From NCBI GenBank assembly GCA_050260415.1, contig JBLNCE010000150.1, forward strand, positions 5,313 to 69,312: DNA of 64,000 bases. Direction: 5' to 3'. How positions within the stretch are numbered: position 1 is the stretch's first letter; every line of letters starts with the position of its first letter. The DNA is from Bacteroidota bacterium (GTDB lineage Bacteria > Bacillota > UBA4882 > JAAYXC01). The position numbers were made by a program, and so were the translations under genes. The notes under the pieces were generated by a model. The model did not search any database. It saw only the letters and a list, made by a program, of their open reading frames with translations, and was not told where the DNA came from. This document shows, in pieces, positions 16,369 through 24,407 of the stretch.

Positions 16369-16987
16369 GGCGATCCGCTGTCATCAGGGTGATGGTGCGC
16401 CAAGGAAAAGATACGCGGTCATCCTAGCTGATCCACCCTGGCAATACAAGGTTTTCGATGAATCAGACGCTGCCCACGGTGCCGCCACGGCACATTATCC
16501 AACGATGCCTTTATCGGAGATCAAGGCGTTGCCCGTTGCCGACCTTGCGGAGGATGACTGCGTCCTGTTCCTGTGGGTGACTCCGCCCTGCCTCCCTGAA
16601 GGGTTGGAGGTAATCAAAGCATGGGGGTTTCGCTATGTGACCAAGGGCTTCAATTGGGTCAAGACTTATCCATCGGGGAAGCTGGTTATGGGGCTTGGCC
16701 ACTACACCCGGGCAAACAGTGAGGATTGCCTCCTAGCTGTCAAGGGAAGCCCAAAGCGGCTCGATAAGTCGGTCTCACAGGTCATATGGGAGAACATGCC
16801 CGAAACAGAGACGCTGATTACGCCTTTACGCGAGCATAGCCGCAAGCCGGATGAGCAATACCTGCGGATTGAAAGGCTCTTCGGTGGACCATACCTTGAG
16901 CTGTTTGCTCGCCGATGTTGGCCCGGGTGGGATGTCTGGGGGAACCAAGTTGCAGGCGGGATTGCTTTTGCGTCAGGGGGCGAATAG
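16352..16987 (+). CDS. MT-A70-family N6-adenine DNA methyltransferase
   Basis: ILADPPWQY catalytic DPPW motif; FLWVT...AWGF. Alternative start at 16301. Confidence 0.8.
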   Translation: MKSLSKAIRCHQGDGAPRKRYAVILADPPWQYKVFDESDAAHGAATAHYPTMPLSEIKALPVADLAEDDCVLFLWVTPPCLPEGLEVIKAWGFRYVTKGFNWVKTYPSGKLVMGLGHYTRANSEDCLLAVKGSPKRLDKSVSQVIWENMPETETLITPLREHSRKPDEQYLRIERLFGGPYLELFARRCWPGWDVWGNQVAGGIAFASGGE

Positions 16988-17018
16988 AGTGCTTCCATGT
17001 GCATTGCGTGAAGCGGTC

Positions 17019-17594
17019 ATGGGCGTCTTCACCGGCCGCCTGGTCCACCCGTTCATGTTGCGCCCTGGAGAGATCGACATCCTCGACATCGCGCATTCTC
17101 AAAGCCAGGCCTGCCGGTTCGGCGGCCACACGATGACATTCTACTCAAACGCCCAGCATGCATGCGAGGTCAGTTACCTGGTGCGTCATTGGGGCGAATC
17201 GACACTCACGCAGATCCTGGCCCTGTTCCACGACAGCGACGAGGCCTATTTCTACGACATATCGGCGCCCGTCAAGATTTTCTTCCCCGCCTACCGCCGG
17301 GCTGGCTGGCGGGCGCGCCAAGCTGTGTACCGGTACTTTACCGGGTCTGAGCCGACACCGGAACAGGAACGGGTAATCAAGATGGCAGACCTGGTCATGA
17401 CCGCCACGGAGGGACGGGCATTGATGCGCGGCTGGGAGAAATGGCCGAAGGTCGCTGGGATCGAGCCCCTGCCCAAGTGGCGCGGGCCGATATCGATGAA
17501 GGCCGCAGAAAAGGAGTTCCTGGATACATACGAGCGTCTGCAGGTAGAGTGGGAAAGCGAAAGGAGACAGGAGATGAGTTCATGCGCTGTCTGA
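17019..17594 (+). CDS. HD-domain phosphohydrolase-like protein
   Basis: H...HD pattern (AQHACEVS ... ALFHDSDEAY). Alternative GTG start at 16989. Confidence 0.55.
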   Translation: MGVFTGRLVHPFMLRPGEIDILDIAHSQSQACRFGGHTMTFYSNAQHACEVSYLVRHWGESTLTQILALFHDSDEAYFYDISAPVKIFFPAYRRAGWRARQAVYRYFTGSEPTPEQERVIKMADLVMTATEGRALMRGWEKWPKVAGIEPLPKWRGPISMKAAEKEFLDTYERLQVEWESERRQEMSSCAV

Positions 17595-18004
17595 GCGTTT
17601 GGCAGCCCTGGGCGTGGCTGATAATCCACGGGCCGGCGCCGGGCGGGCCAAAGGATGTCGAGAACAGGACCTGGTATACGAATTATCGCGGGCCTCTGTT
17701 GATCCACGCGGCAATGAAGTTCACTTGGGGTGAATATTGGACTGCTCATAACGTCTACCGCGGCATATCCAATCTTCCACGGGAGTCTTGGCCGCACTGG
17801 CCGGAACGTGAAGAACTGGCTCTTGGCTGTATCATCGGAGTTGTCGACCTGGTGGACTGCGTTCAGAACCACCCGTCGAAATGGGCCGAGCCCGGATGCT
17901 GGCATTGGCTCCTGGCCAACCCGCGCCCGGTCAAGCCGTTCCCCGTACGGGGGAGGCAAAAGTTGTTCGAGGTGCCGGTAGAGATTGAGGTGTTGGCGGG
18001 ATGA
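17582..18004 (+). CDS. ASCH-domain protein
   Basis: MRCLSVWQPWAWLI...VENRTW...LLIHA...GCIIGVVDLVDC is typical of ASCH/PUA-like fold proteins. Confidence 0.65.
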   Translation: MRCLSVWQPWAWLIIHGPAPGGPKDVENRTWYTNYRGPLLIHAAMKFTWGEYWTAHNVYRGISNLPRESWPHWPEREELALGCIIGVVDLVDCVQNHPSKWAEPGCWHWLLANPRPVKPFPVRGRQKLFEVPVEIEVLAG

Positions 18005-18085
18005 AAGTTGTCTTTTTGGACATCGAGGGATAACTGCGGCGTTGGCACAGAGGGCGATAGAGATTCTGAATTCTGGAGGTGCAAG

Positions 18086-18835
18086 ATGAACGGGCAACCA
18101 ATGTGCGAAGACATGGGTCGTGCTCAGTTGGAAAGCCTTTTGGCTCAAGTGGTGGCATTGAATGATAATACCCCTGTGATGGTGTTCCGGCAAATAATCC
18201 TTGACCAGTTTAATATGCTGGTGGAGAACCTCCGCGAAGCCCGACGCAATGCCATGAAGGCGTTTGACCGTGGCGTCATGGAGGGTCAGTCCAAGCAGGC
18301 GATCATCGAGATCCAGGCCCGGGATAGATTTCTAGCCAGGGTCCGCAAGGAAGAGTTCGAGCCGCTAAAAGCTGAGAATGATTCCCTGCGTGTTGCGCTC
18401 CGCGACGCGCAGGAGAGAATTGAGGAATTGCTGGCGGCGCTCCGCGATAAGTGTCTCGACCAGGTGCATGCCTGCCCGGAACTGGCCAAAAGGCTGGATG
18501 CGGAGGCCGCCATAACTGGGGCAGGGGAAGTCATTCAAATGTTGCTTGAGGATAGGGAGCATGAAACAGACTGTGATGCGTGCTCCTTTGGCGACCCGTG
18601 CGAAGCGGGTATGGAGATCTCAAGGCGGGCCGTGAACGCCGCGCGGTACTGGATGTCTACGGACTTCGGGCAGCGAGTTCAGCAGATGCGGGCGATAGTG
18701 GAGGCGGCCCGCAAGGTCGTATTCCTGGCTCGGACAACCGGTGGCACTGCCGGACGTGATGAGGAACTATGCGCGGGGCTTGATGCACTGGAGAAGGCGC
18801 TGGCCGCCTTGGATGGGGAGGGAAACAAGCAGTGA
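18086..18835 (+). CDS. hypothetical coiled-coil protein
   Basis: ATG after a GGAGGTG RBS. Heptad-rich sequence. Confidence 0.5.
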   Translation: MNGQPMCEDMGRAQLESLLAQVVALNDNTPVMVFRQIILDQFNMLVENLREARRNAMKAFDRGVMEGQSKQAIIEIQARDRFLARVRKEEFEPLKAENDSLRVALRDAQERIEELLAALRDKCLDQVHACPELAKRLDAEAAITGAGEVIQMLLEDREHETDCDACSFGDPCEAGMEISRRAVNAARYWMSTDFGQRVQQMRAIVEAARKVVFLARTTGGTAGRDEELCAGLDALEKALAALDGEGNKQ

Positions 18836-19095
18836 AACTGAAACACAGGTTGCCAAGCCCAATGGGCAGGCCATTGACGCCCGAGGAACTCCAAGTGGCG
18901 GCCAAGATGGTGAAGGCGGCTTGGGACTCTTGGAAACAGATGATTGACACGCTGGTCCCGCCACTCGTCAAGCTCTATCAGGACAGCACTCAGCCTTGCC
19001 CCCGGTGCCGCGGTAAGTCCCGTCCGCGAAGATGTCGCATATGCGACGGAGCCGGACTCGTGTGGAAGATTGGTCAAGAGGAGGTTCGGCCGTGA
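18832..19095 (+). CDS. small protein with DnaJ-type CxxCxG zinc finger
   Basis: CPRCRGKSRPRRCRICDGAG motif. Overlaps the upstream stop. Confidence 0.45.
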   Translation: MKLKHRLPSPMGRPLTPEELQVAAKMVKAAWDSWKQMIDTLVPPLVKLYQDSTQPCPRCRGKSRPRRCRICDGAGLVWKIGQEEVRP

Positions 19096-19307
19096 AGAGA
19101 GACAAGAATACTCAGCCCGCCATCAGGTCAACTTCAATCAACCCCACCGTCTTCGGCCCCGTCCGGTGGATCCCGTGCATAGGTGGATGCGGGCGGCACA
19201 TCCGGGTGGAGCGGGCCAGAGCGACATTCGGCCTGTGCCTTCAGTGTCTCCGGGCGGCGCGGGAGAAGGGGGGCGAAGGCCAGGATGTGGCGGCGGCGAA
19301 GGGGTAA
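19092..19307 (+). CDS. small Cys-rich protein
   Basis: GTGA overlap start. CIGGCGRHI...CLQC motif. Confidence 0.35.
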   Translation: MKRDKNTQPAIRSTSINPTVFGPVRWIPCIGGCGRHIRVERARATFGLCLQCLRAAREKGGEGQDVAAAKG

Positions 19308-19698
19308 ATGCCGAAGGTGCGGTATGTGCTGCAAGGCGATTGTCCTGCCTTGTTCTTGTTTGGATAACGCGGACAAGGCCAAGCCCAATAGCGACGTACA
19401 TTTTGCCCTGATAAACTGGAGGCCGCTGACCTACGAGCAAGCCGTCCAGATTAATCCTCACCATGGGCGGTATCAAGGGCGTGACGACCTAAGCTTCTGG
19501 CAATGCACTAAGATAGATCAAGAGACCAATCGATGTACTATACACAGGCATAAGCCGCGCATGTGTAAGAAGTACCCCTGGTATGAATACAAAACCATTC
19601 AAATAGGCCAGCTTCATGCTCCCGATTGCGGGTTCGCGGTTGATTGCATAGATGCGTCTTCGGCTTGCGATCCTTTGACAGCCCAGCAGGCAACATAA
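19285..19698 (+). CDS. YkgJ-family (CxxCxxCC) cysteine-cluster protein
   Basis: CRRCGMCC ... RCTIHRHKPRMCKKYPW is typical of the UPF0153/YkgJ family. Confidence 0.6.
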   Translation: MWRRRRGKCRRCGMCCKAIVLPCSCLDNADKAKPNSDVHFALINWRPLTYEQAVQINPHHGRYQGRDDLSFWQCTKIDQETNRCTIHRHKPRMCKKYPWYEYKTIQIGQLHAPDCGFAVDCIDASSACDPLTAQQAT

Positions 19699-19762
19699 CC
19701 GGAATGTCGAACTCTCCCATGGAAGCCAGAACCATGGGGGAGTTACCCTGCGGTACCGGCGC

Positions 19763-20128
19763 GTGTTGTGCGAGATCACCCTGCAAGACCTTCCCCTGCC
19801 GATCACGAGATGGCGGTGGCCCCTGGACGCCGAGCGATACATCGTGGACGTGCACCAGGCAATCATCAAGCAGAAGCAGGCGGCCGTTTTCCCGGCTCGG
19901 TTACGGGTCACCCCGGTTCTTTACCTCCCCCGGCCGGCTCGGCTGGAGGACGCCCGACAGATAATCGCTGTCTTCCAGTCCTCCCTTGAGGGATACATCA
20001 TCGCCGCGAACGATGCGGCCCATATCGAGGAAGGAGGGCCAATCGTGGTTGAGCTTCGGCCAGGAGTCACCCCGCGCATGGATGCGATCGTTACTCCCAT
20101 CGCCCCATTGCTAGGTGATCTCCCGTGA
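19763..20128 (+). CDS. hypothetical protein
   Basis: 121-aa ORF. Overlaps the start of the sigma-like gene. Confidence 0.45.
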   Translation: MLCEITLQDLPLPITRWRWPLDAERYIVDVHQAIIKQKQAAVFPARLRVTPVLYLPRPARLEDARQIIAVFQSSLEGYIIAANDAAHIEEGGPIVVELRPGVTPRMDAIVTPIAPLLGDLP

Positions 20129-20574
20129 CACGGGACCGGGCGGCGCTCCTCGATGCCTACTGCCACACCCTGGCGCTGATTCGCCGGCTCAAGGCAAGGG
20201 CAGTGGAGGAGGACAAACCCATCCTGGCTGGCATGGAAGCCGACCTTGGATGGACCGTCGAATACCTGGCCGGCGGCTTCCCTCCCCCGGGCCGGTCCCG
20301 ATCGCGGACCATCCCCGTTGACCCGCAGAAGGTTCTCGCGCGCATGAGGTACCCGGCCGCCCCCCCGCTGGCGTCACGCGAGCGGGCGCGGGCGCAAGTG
20401 GCAGCCGCTTTGGGGGTGCTTAGCCCGCAGGAACGAGAGGTGTTCCTGCTGGTGGCGGGGGAGGGGTTTTCCTTGGCGGAGGTTGCCGAGTTTCTCCGTG
20501 TCACCCGTTCGACCGCGCAAAGCTACTATGACCGGGCACGGACCAAGCTGCGTTCCCGTGTGCGTTTGTGCTGA
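20125..20574 (+). CDS. sigma-70 region-4-like HTH protein (candidate late-gene activator)
   Basis: LSPQEREVFLLVAGEGFSLAEVAEFLRVTRSTAQSYYDRARTKLR matches ECF/sigma region 4. Last gene before the packaging module. Confidence 0.6.
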   Translation: MTRDRAALLDAYCHTLALIRRLKARAVEEDKPILAGMEADLGWTVEYLAGGFPPPGRSRSRTIPVDPQKVLARMRYPAAPPLASRERARAQVAAALGVLSPQEREVFLLVAGEGFSLAEVAEFLRVTRSTAQSYYDRARTKLRSRVRLC

Positions 20575-20849
20575 CAATTTGAATCATGCCATACAACCGT
20601 TGACATATGGATGAGAGGATCTTTTTTATGAAGGGGTGACCCTTACTGTTTTTGTGATGGCGGCGGAGGCCTGGATGCGGCAAGGGATACCGCCCAAAGA
20701 TGATGGGGCGGAGTGGGAGGAAGGCAGCGCCGCGGCTGCAGAACGTGGCCAACAGCGGTCCAGGTCCTGAGTCCATGCGTGAGTATTGGCCGCCATCCGC
20801 GAATCATGGCCAGGCGAAGTCCTGGCCTTTCGATAGGCGAGTGAGATGC

Positions 20850-21440
20850 ATGGCAAAGAGAAAGCGCCGCAAGGTTCGAGAGAAGACTCCGCCGCCGCCC
20901 CCGCCAAAGCCCTGGGAACAGCAACAAGGGGAGACGGCGAAGGCGTTTGCGGCATTCTCCGCTTACCGGGATATGGGGGCCGAACGCAGTCTTTCAAAGG
21001 TCTCTCATGTGTTATCCAAATCCAAGCCCCTTCTTCAGCGTTGGTCGAGCACCTATAGCTGGGTGGAAAGGGTTGAAGCATGGGACCGATTCACCGCGCG
21101 CCAGGAACAGGAGGCAGCGCTCAAGGCTCGCCTGGACATGTCGGCGCGGCACGCAAAAGCGGCCATGGTATTGATGCAGAAAGCGTTGCAGAAATTGGCC
21201 AAGATGAAGCCCGAAGAACTGGAACCGGGCGATGTGGCGCGGTTCATCGATACTGCGGTCAAGATCGAACGAGTGGCACGCGGAGAGCCGGCCGACATCA
21301 TTCGAACGGAGGATGGCGGCGAGCGGACGGTGACCGACGATGAACGGAACGAGCTCGCCAAGAAGGTCCTCGGTGACAAGAGAGCCCGGCGATTACTCAG
21401 AGACCTATATCGATCAACTAGAGACGCTATGGAGAGCTGA
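20850..21440 (+). CDS. terminase small subunit (putative)
   Basis: Basic N-terminus MAKRKRRKV, HTH-like FAAFSAYRDMGAERSLSKVSHVL. Lies immediately upstream of the large terminase. Confidence 0.55.
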   Translation: MAKRKRRKVREKTPPPPPPKPWEQQQGETAKAFAAFSAYRDMGAERSLSKVSHVLSKSKPLLQRWSSTYSWVERVEAWDRFTARQEQEAALKARLDMSARHAKAAMVLMQKALQKLAKMKPEELEPGDVARFIDTAVKIERVARGEPADIIRTEDGGERTVTDDERNELAKKVLGDKRARRLLRDLYRSTRDAMES

Positions 21441-22851
21441 CGCCCGGGATAGCTTGGTCTTCTTTTGTGAGTACACCTCTAATGGCACCTGGCAGCCGGC
21501 GCCGCACCTGGAGATCCTTTGCGATCACCTGGAGGCGGTGGAACGCGGGGAGATCCGCCGGCTGATCGTCGATATGCCGCCTCAACATGGGAAATCCGAG
21601 GTGGCTGACCGCAAGTTCCCCGCGTGGTATCTGGGCAGACACCCGATGCGCCGTATCATGTTGACCGCGTATGGCGACGATCTGGCTTATGACTTCTCGC
21701 GCGCATCACGTGCATGCTTTGAGGAGTGGGCGCCGGAACTCTGGGGGCTGCGCCTGTCCGGAAGGAGTTTCGCGGTCGGGCGCTGGGATATCCTCAAGTG
21801 GAACGGCGGTATCACCGCGGGCGGCATTGGTGGCCGGTTGACCGGCCGCGGTGCCTGGTTGGCCATCGTCGACGACCCGATCAAGAACTGGGAGGAGGCC
21901 AACAGCCCCACCTACCGCGAGCGTGTCTGGAACTGGTATCAGACCGTCCTACGGCCGCGCGTTCATCCCTTGGGCGCCATCGTGGTCATCATGACCAGGT
22001 GGCACGAGGATGATTTGGTCGGCCGGCTGCTCAAACAGCAGGAACTGGGCGGCGAAAAGTGGACGGTCTTGAAACTCCCCGCCCTGGCCGAGGAGGGGGA
22101 TCCCCTCGGGCGGGTCCCGGGCGAGCCGCTTTGGCCGGAACGGGGATATACCCGGGAATGGTACGAAGAGACCAAGCGCGGCATGGCACCATTGCAGTGG
22201 GCGGCCATGTATCAGCAACGCCCAAGTGCGGCGGAAGGTAATCTGTTCAAGCGGTCCTACCTGCGGTATTTCACCCGAAAGGGTGATTTTTATTATCTGG
22301 CTAGGCCGGAGGGAGTCGAGAAGGTCCTGGCCAGGCGGTGCTGGATCTTCCAAACCTGCGACCCGGCGGCCTCTACTGATGGCTCGGCGGATCACTTCGT
22401 CTTGGCCACATGGGCTGTGACGCCGAAACGCAGTCTGTTGCTCCTCGACGTGGTACGCGAACGCTTGGAGGAACCGGATCAGCCGATCCTCTTCACTAAC
22501 GCGCAGAAGCGATGGCATCCCGCCCTGCAAGGCGTGGAGAAAAACGGGCTTGGCATCGCGCTGTACCAGCAATTGAAACGCCTGGGCCTGCCAATAGTCA
22601 GGCTAAAGGCGGATAAGGACAAGTACACCCGGGCGCTCCCGGCGGCGGCCAGGTTCTCCGCGGGCGAAGTGTTTCTCCTCGAAGGGGCACCGTGGCTTGG
22701 AGATTATGAAGACGAACTCCTCAGGTTCCGCCAGAACGCGGAACAGGACGATCAAGTTGATGTTACCAGTTACGCGGCCATCGTGCTCGTGCAGTACAGC
22801 GACAAGTACGGAGGATCCGCCGGCGGGGAAGCCAGTGCGAAGATCATCTGA
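21340..22851 (+). CDS. terminase large subunit
   Basis: Walker A-like PPQHGKSE, Walker B LAIVDDP, coupling motif MTRWHEDD, C-terminal RNaseH-like nuclease region. The start is uncertain and overlaps the TerS gene. Confidence 0.85.
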   Translation: MNGTSSPRRSSVTREPGDYSETYIDQLETLWRADARDSLVFFCEYTSNGTWQPAPHLEILCDHLEAVERGEIRRLIVDMPPQHGKSEVADRKFPAWYLGRHPMRRIMLTAYGDDLAYDFSRASRACFEEWAPELWGLRLSGRSFAVGRWDILKWNGGITAGGIGGRLTGRGAWLAIVDDPIKNWEEANSPTYRERVWNWYQTVLRPRVHPLGAIVVIMTRWHEDDLVGRLLKQQELGGEKWTVLKLPALAEEGDPLGRVPGEPLWPERGYTREWYEETKRGMAPLQWAAMYQQRPSAAEGNLFKRSYLRYFTRKGDFYYLARPEGVEKVLARRCWIFQTCDPAASTDGSADHFVLATWAVTPKRSLLLLDVVRERLEEPDQPILFTNAQKRWHPALQGVEKNGLGIALYQQLKRLGLPIVRLKADKDKYTRALPAAARFSAGEVFLLEGAPWLGDYEDELLRFRQNAEQDDQVDVTSYAAIVLVQYSDKYGGSAGGEASAKII

Positions 22852-22865
22852 CGGAGGTGCCCTTC

Positions 22866-24407
22866 ATGGCAGATCAGGCGGTTGTCAAGGCTCGGGTCAT
22901 CTCCGCGCCGGTGGCCAGCAATAAGATGGCCGAGGATCCCTTTGCCCAAATGTACGGGGATGGCGGTGTGCTCGAACCGCTCTACGATCAGCAAATTCTC
23001 TCCCAGTTGCCCGAGTACAGCGACATTCTGCCGCAGTGCATTGGGGCCATGGAGACCAACGTCGATGCTTTCGGATTCATGTTCGATGAGCAGCCTTGGG
23101 TAAAGAAGGACAAGGACGGTAAACTGCCGCCGGAGGCCGAGGCCGAGAAACAGCGCCTGAATGATTGGTTCGAGTACTGCAACCCCGAGCTATCGTTCAC
23201 GGCTATCCGGCGCCGCACTCGGCGAGACTTGGAGTCAACCGGGAATGCCTACTGGGAGCTGCTGCGCAACGGCGTAGGGGAGCTCGCCGGCATCGAGCAT
23301 ATCGAGGCTTACACCATGCGCCTGACCAAGCTTGATTTGGAACCGATCGAAGTCACGCTTCCGGTCGTGCGTAATGGTAAGATCGAGGAGATTCGATACC
23401 TGCGCCGGTTCCGCCGGTTCGTCCAGATCCGCGACAACAGGAAGGTGTACTTCAAGGAATTCGGCGATCCGCGGCCAATCGACGCCAAGACTGGGCGCGT
23501 TCTGAACGAGCAGGAAGCCAAGGCCGAAGGCGTACTCCTGGCCACCGAGGTCCTGCACTTCACGCTCTATTCCTCGGCGTCTCCTTACGGAGTGCCGCGG
23601 TGGATCGGCTGCCTGCCGGCGGTCATGGGGAACCGCAAGGCCGACGAGCTGAACGGCGGCGCCTTGGACAATGCGAATGTGCCGCCAATCGCGATCCTTG
23701 TGAACAACGGCCGCCTGGCGAAGGGTGCCACCACGACAATCAAGCGATTCCTCCAGGAGGGGAAGGGCATCGGCATGTTCACCAAGGCGCTCCTCCTGGA
23801 AGTCGATGCGCCGATCGGCGAGCAGCAGAACGCCAACGTTAAGATCGAGAAGCTCACCGATGCCCAGACCCGGGACGCCATGTTCGTCAAGTACGCCGAC
23901 GCTAACCGAAAGAAGACTCGTTCGGCGTTCCGGCTCCCTCCCCTCTACACCGGGGAGACGGATGACTACACCCGGGCCACGGCCGACGCCTCGAAAGAGG
24001 TTGCCGACGAGCAGGTCTTCGGGCCGGAGCGTGACGAGTTCGACTTCATCATCAACCGCCGGCTTATGCCCGTCCTGGGCGCGCGGTTCTGGCGGTTCAA
24101 GAGCCTGTCGGCCACGGTGGACAATGCGGCGGCCATGACTGAAATGCTCAAGGTCTTCATCGAAGCCGGCTTCACGGTTCGTGAGGCGCGCGCGTATATG
24201 GAGGAGATCTTAAACAAGCCTCTGACCGACCCGGAGAACGCTGACTGGCTTGACTTGCCCGTGTTCGCGGCCAAGAGCGGGCCGGCGCCCGAGCCGGTGA
24301 CCCCTGAAGAAGAGCAGGCCGCCGAGGATAGGCGCGTGGAGAAACTGACCAGGCTTTTGACCCGGGTCCGCAAGCAGATGGAGGAGGAGACGCTTGGCCT
24401 CTCTTGA
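22866..24407 (+). CDS. portal protein
   Basis: About 514 aa, directly after TerL. Sequence pattern resembles PBSX-type portals. ATG is 6 nt after GGAGGTG. Confidence 0.75.
   Translation: MADQAVVKARVISAPVASNKMAEDPFAQMYGDGGVLEPLYDQQILSQLPEYSDILPQCIGAMETNVDAFGFMFDEQPWVKKDKDGKLPPEAEAEKQRLNDWFEYCNPELSFTAIRRRTRRDLESTGNAYWELLRNGVGELAGIEHIEAYTMRLTKLDLEPIEVTLPVVRNGKIEEIRYLRRFRRFVQIRDNRKVYFKEFGDPRPIDAKTGRVLNEQEAKAEGVLLATEVLHFTLYSSASPYGVPRWIGCLPAVMGNRKADELNGGALDNANVPPIAILVNNGRLAKGATTTIKRFLQEGKGIGMFTKALLLEVDAPIGEQQNANVKIEKLTDAQTRDAMFVKYADANRKKTRSAFRLPPLYTGETDDYTRATADASKEVADEQVFGPERDEFDFIINRRLMPVLGARFWRFKSLSATVDNAAAMTEMLKVFIEAGFTVREARAYMEEILNKPLTDPENADWLDLPVFAAKSGPAPEPVTPEEEQAAEDRRVEKLTRLLTRVRKQMEEETLGLS

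Noticed and set aside
20700-20849. N-terminal extension of the terminase small subunit ORF (start at 20700)
   Set aside because: The extension (MMGRSGRKAAPRLQNVANSGPGPES...) is not protein-like and would consume most of the putative late promoter gap. The ATG at 20850, giving MAKRKRRKV, is preferred.
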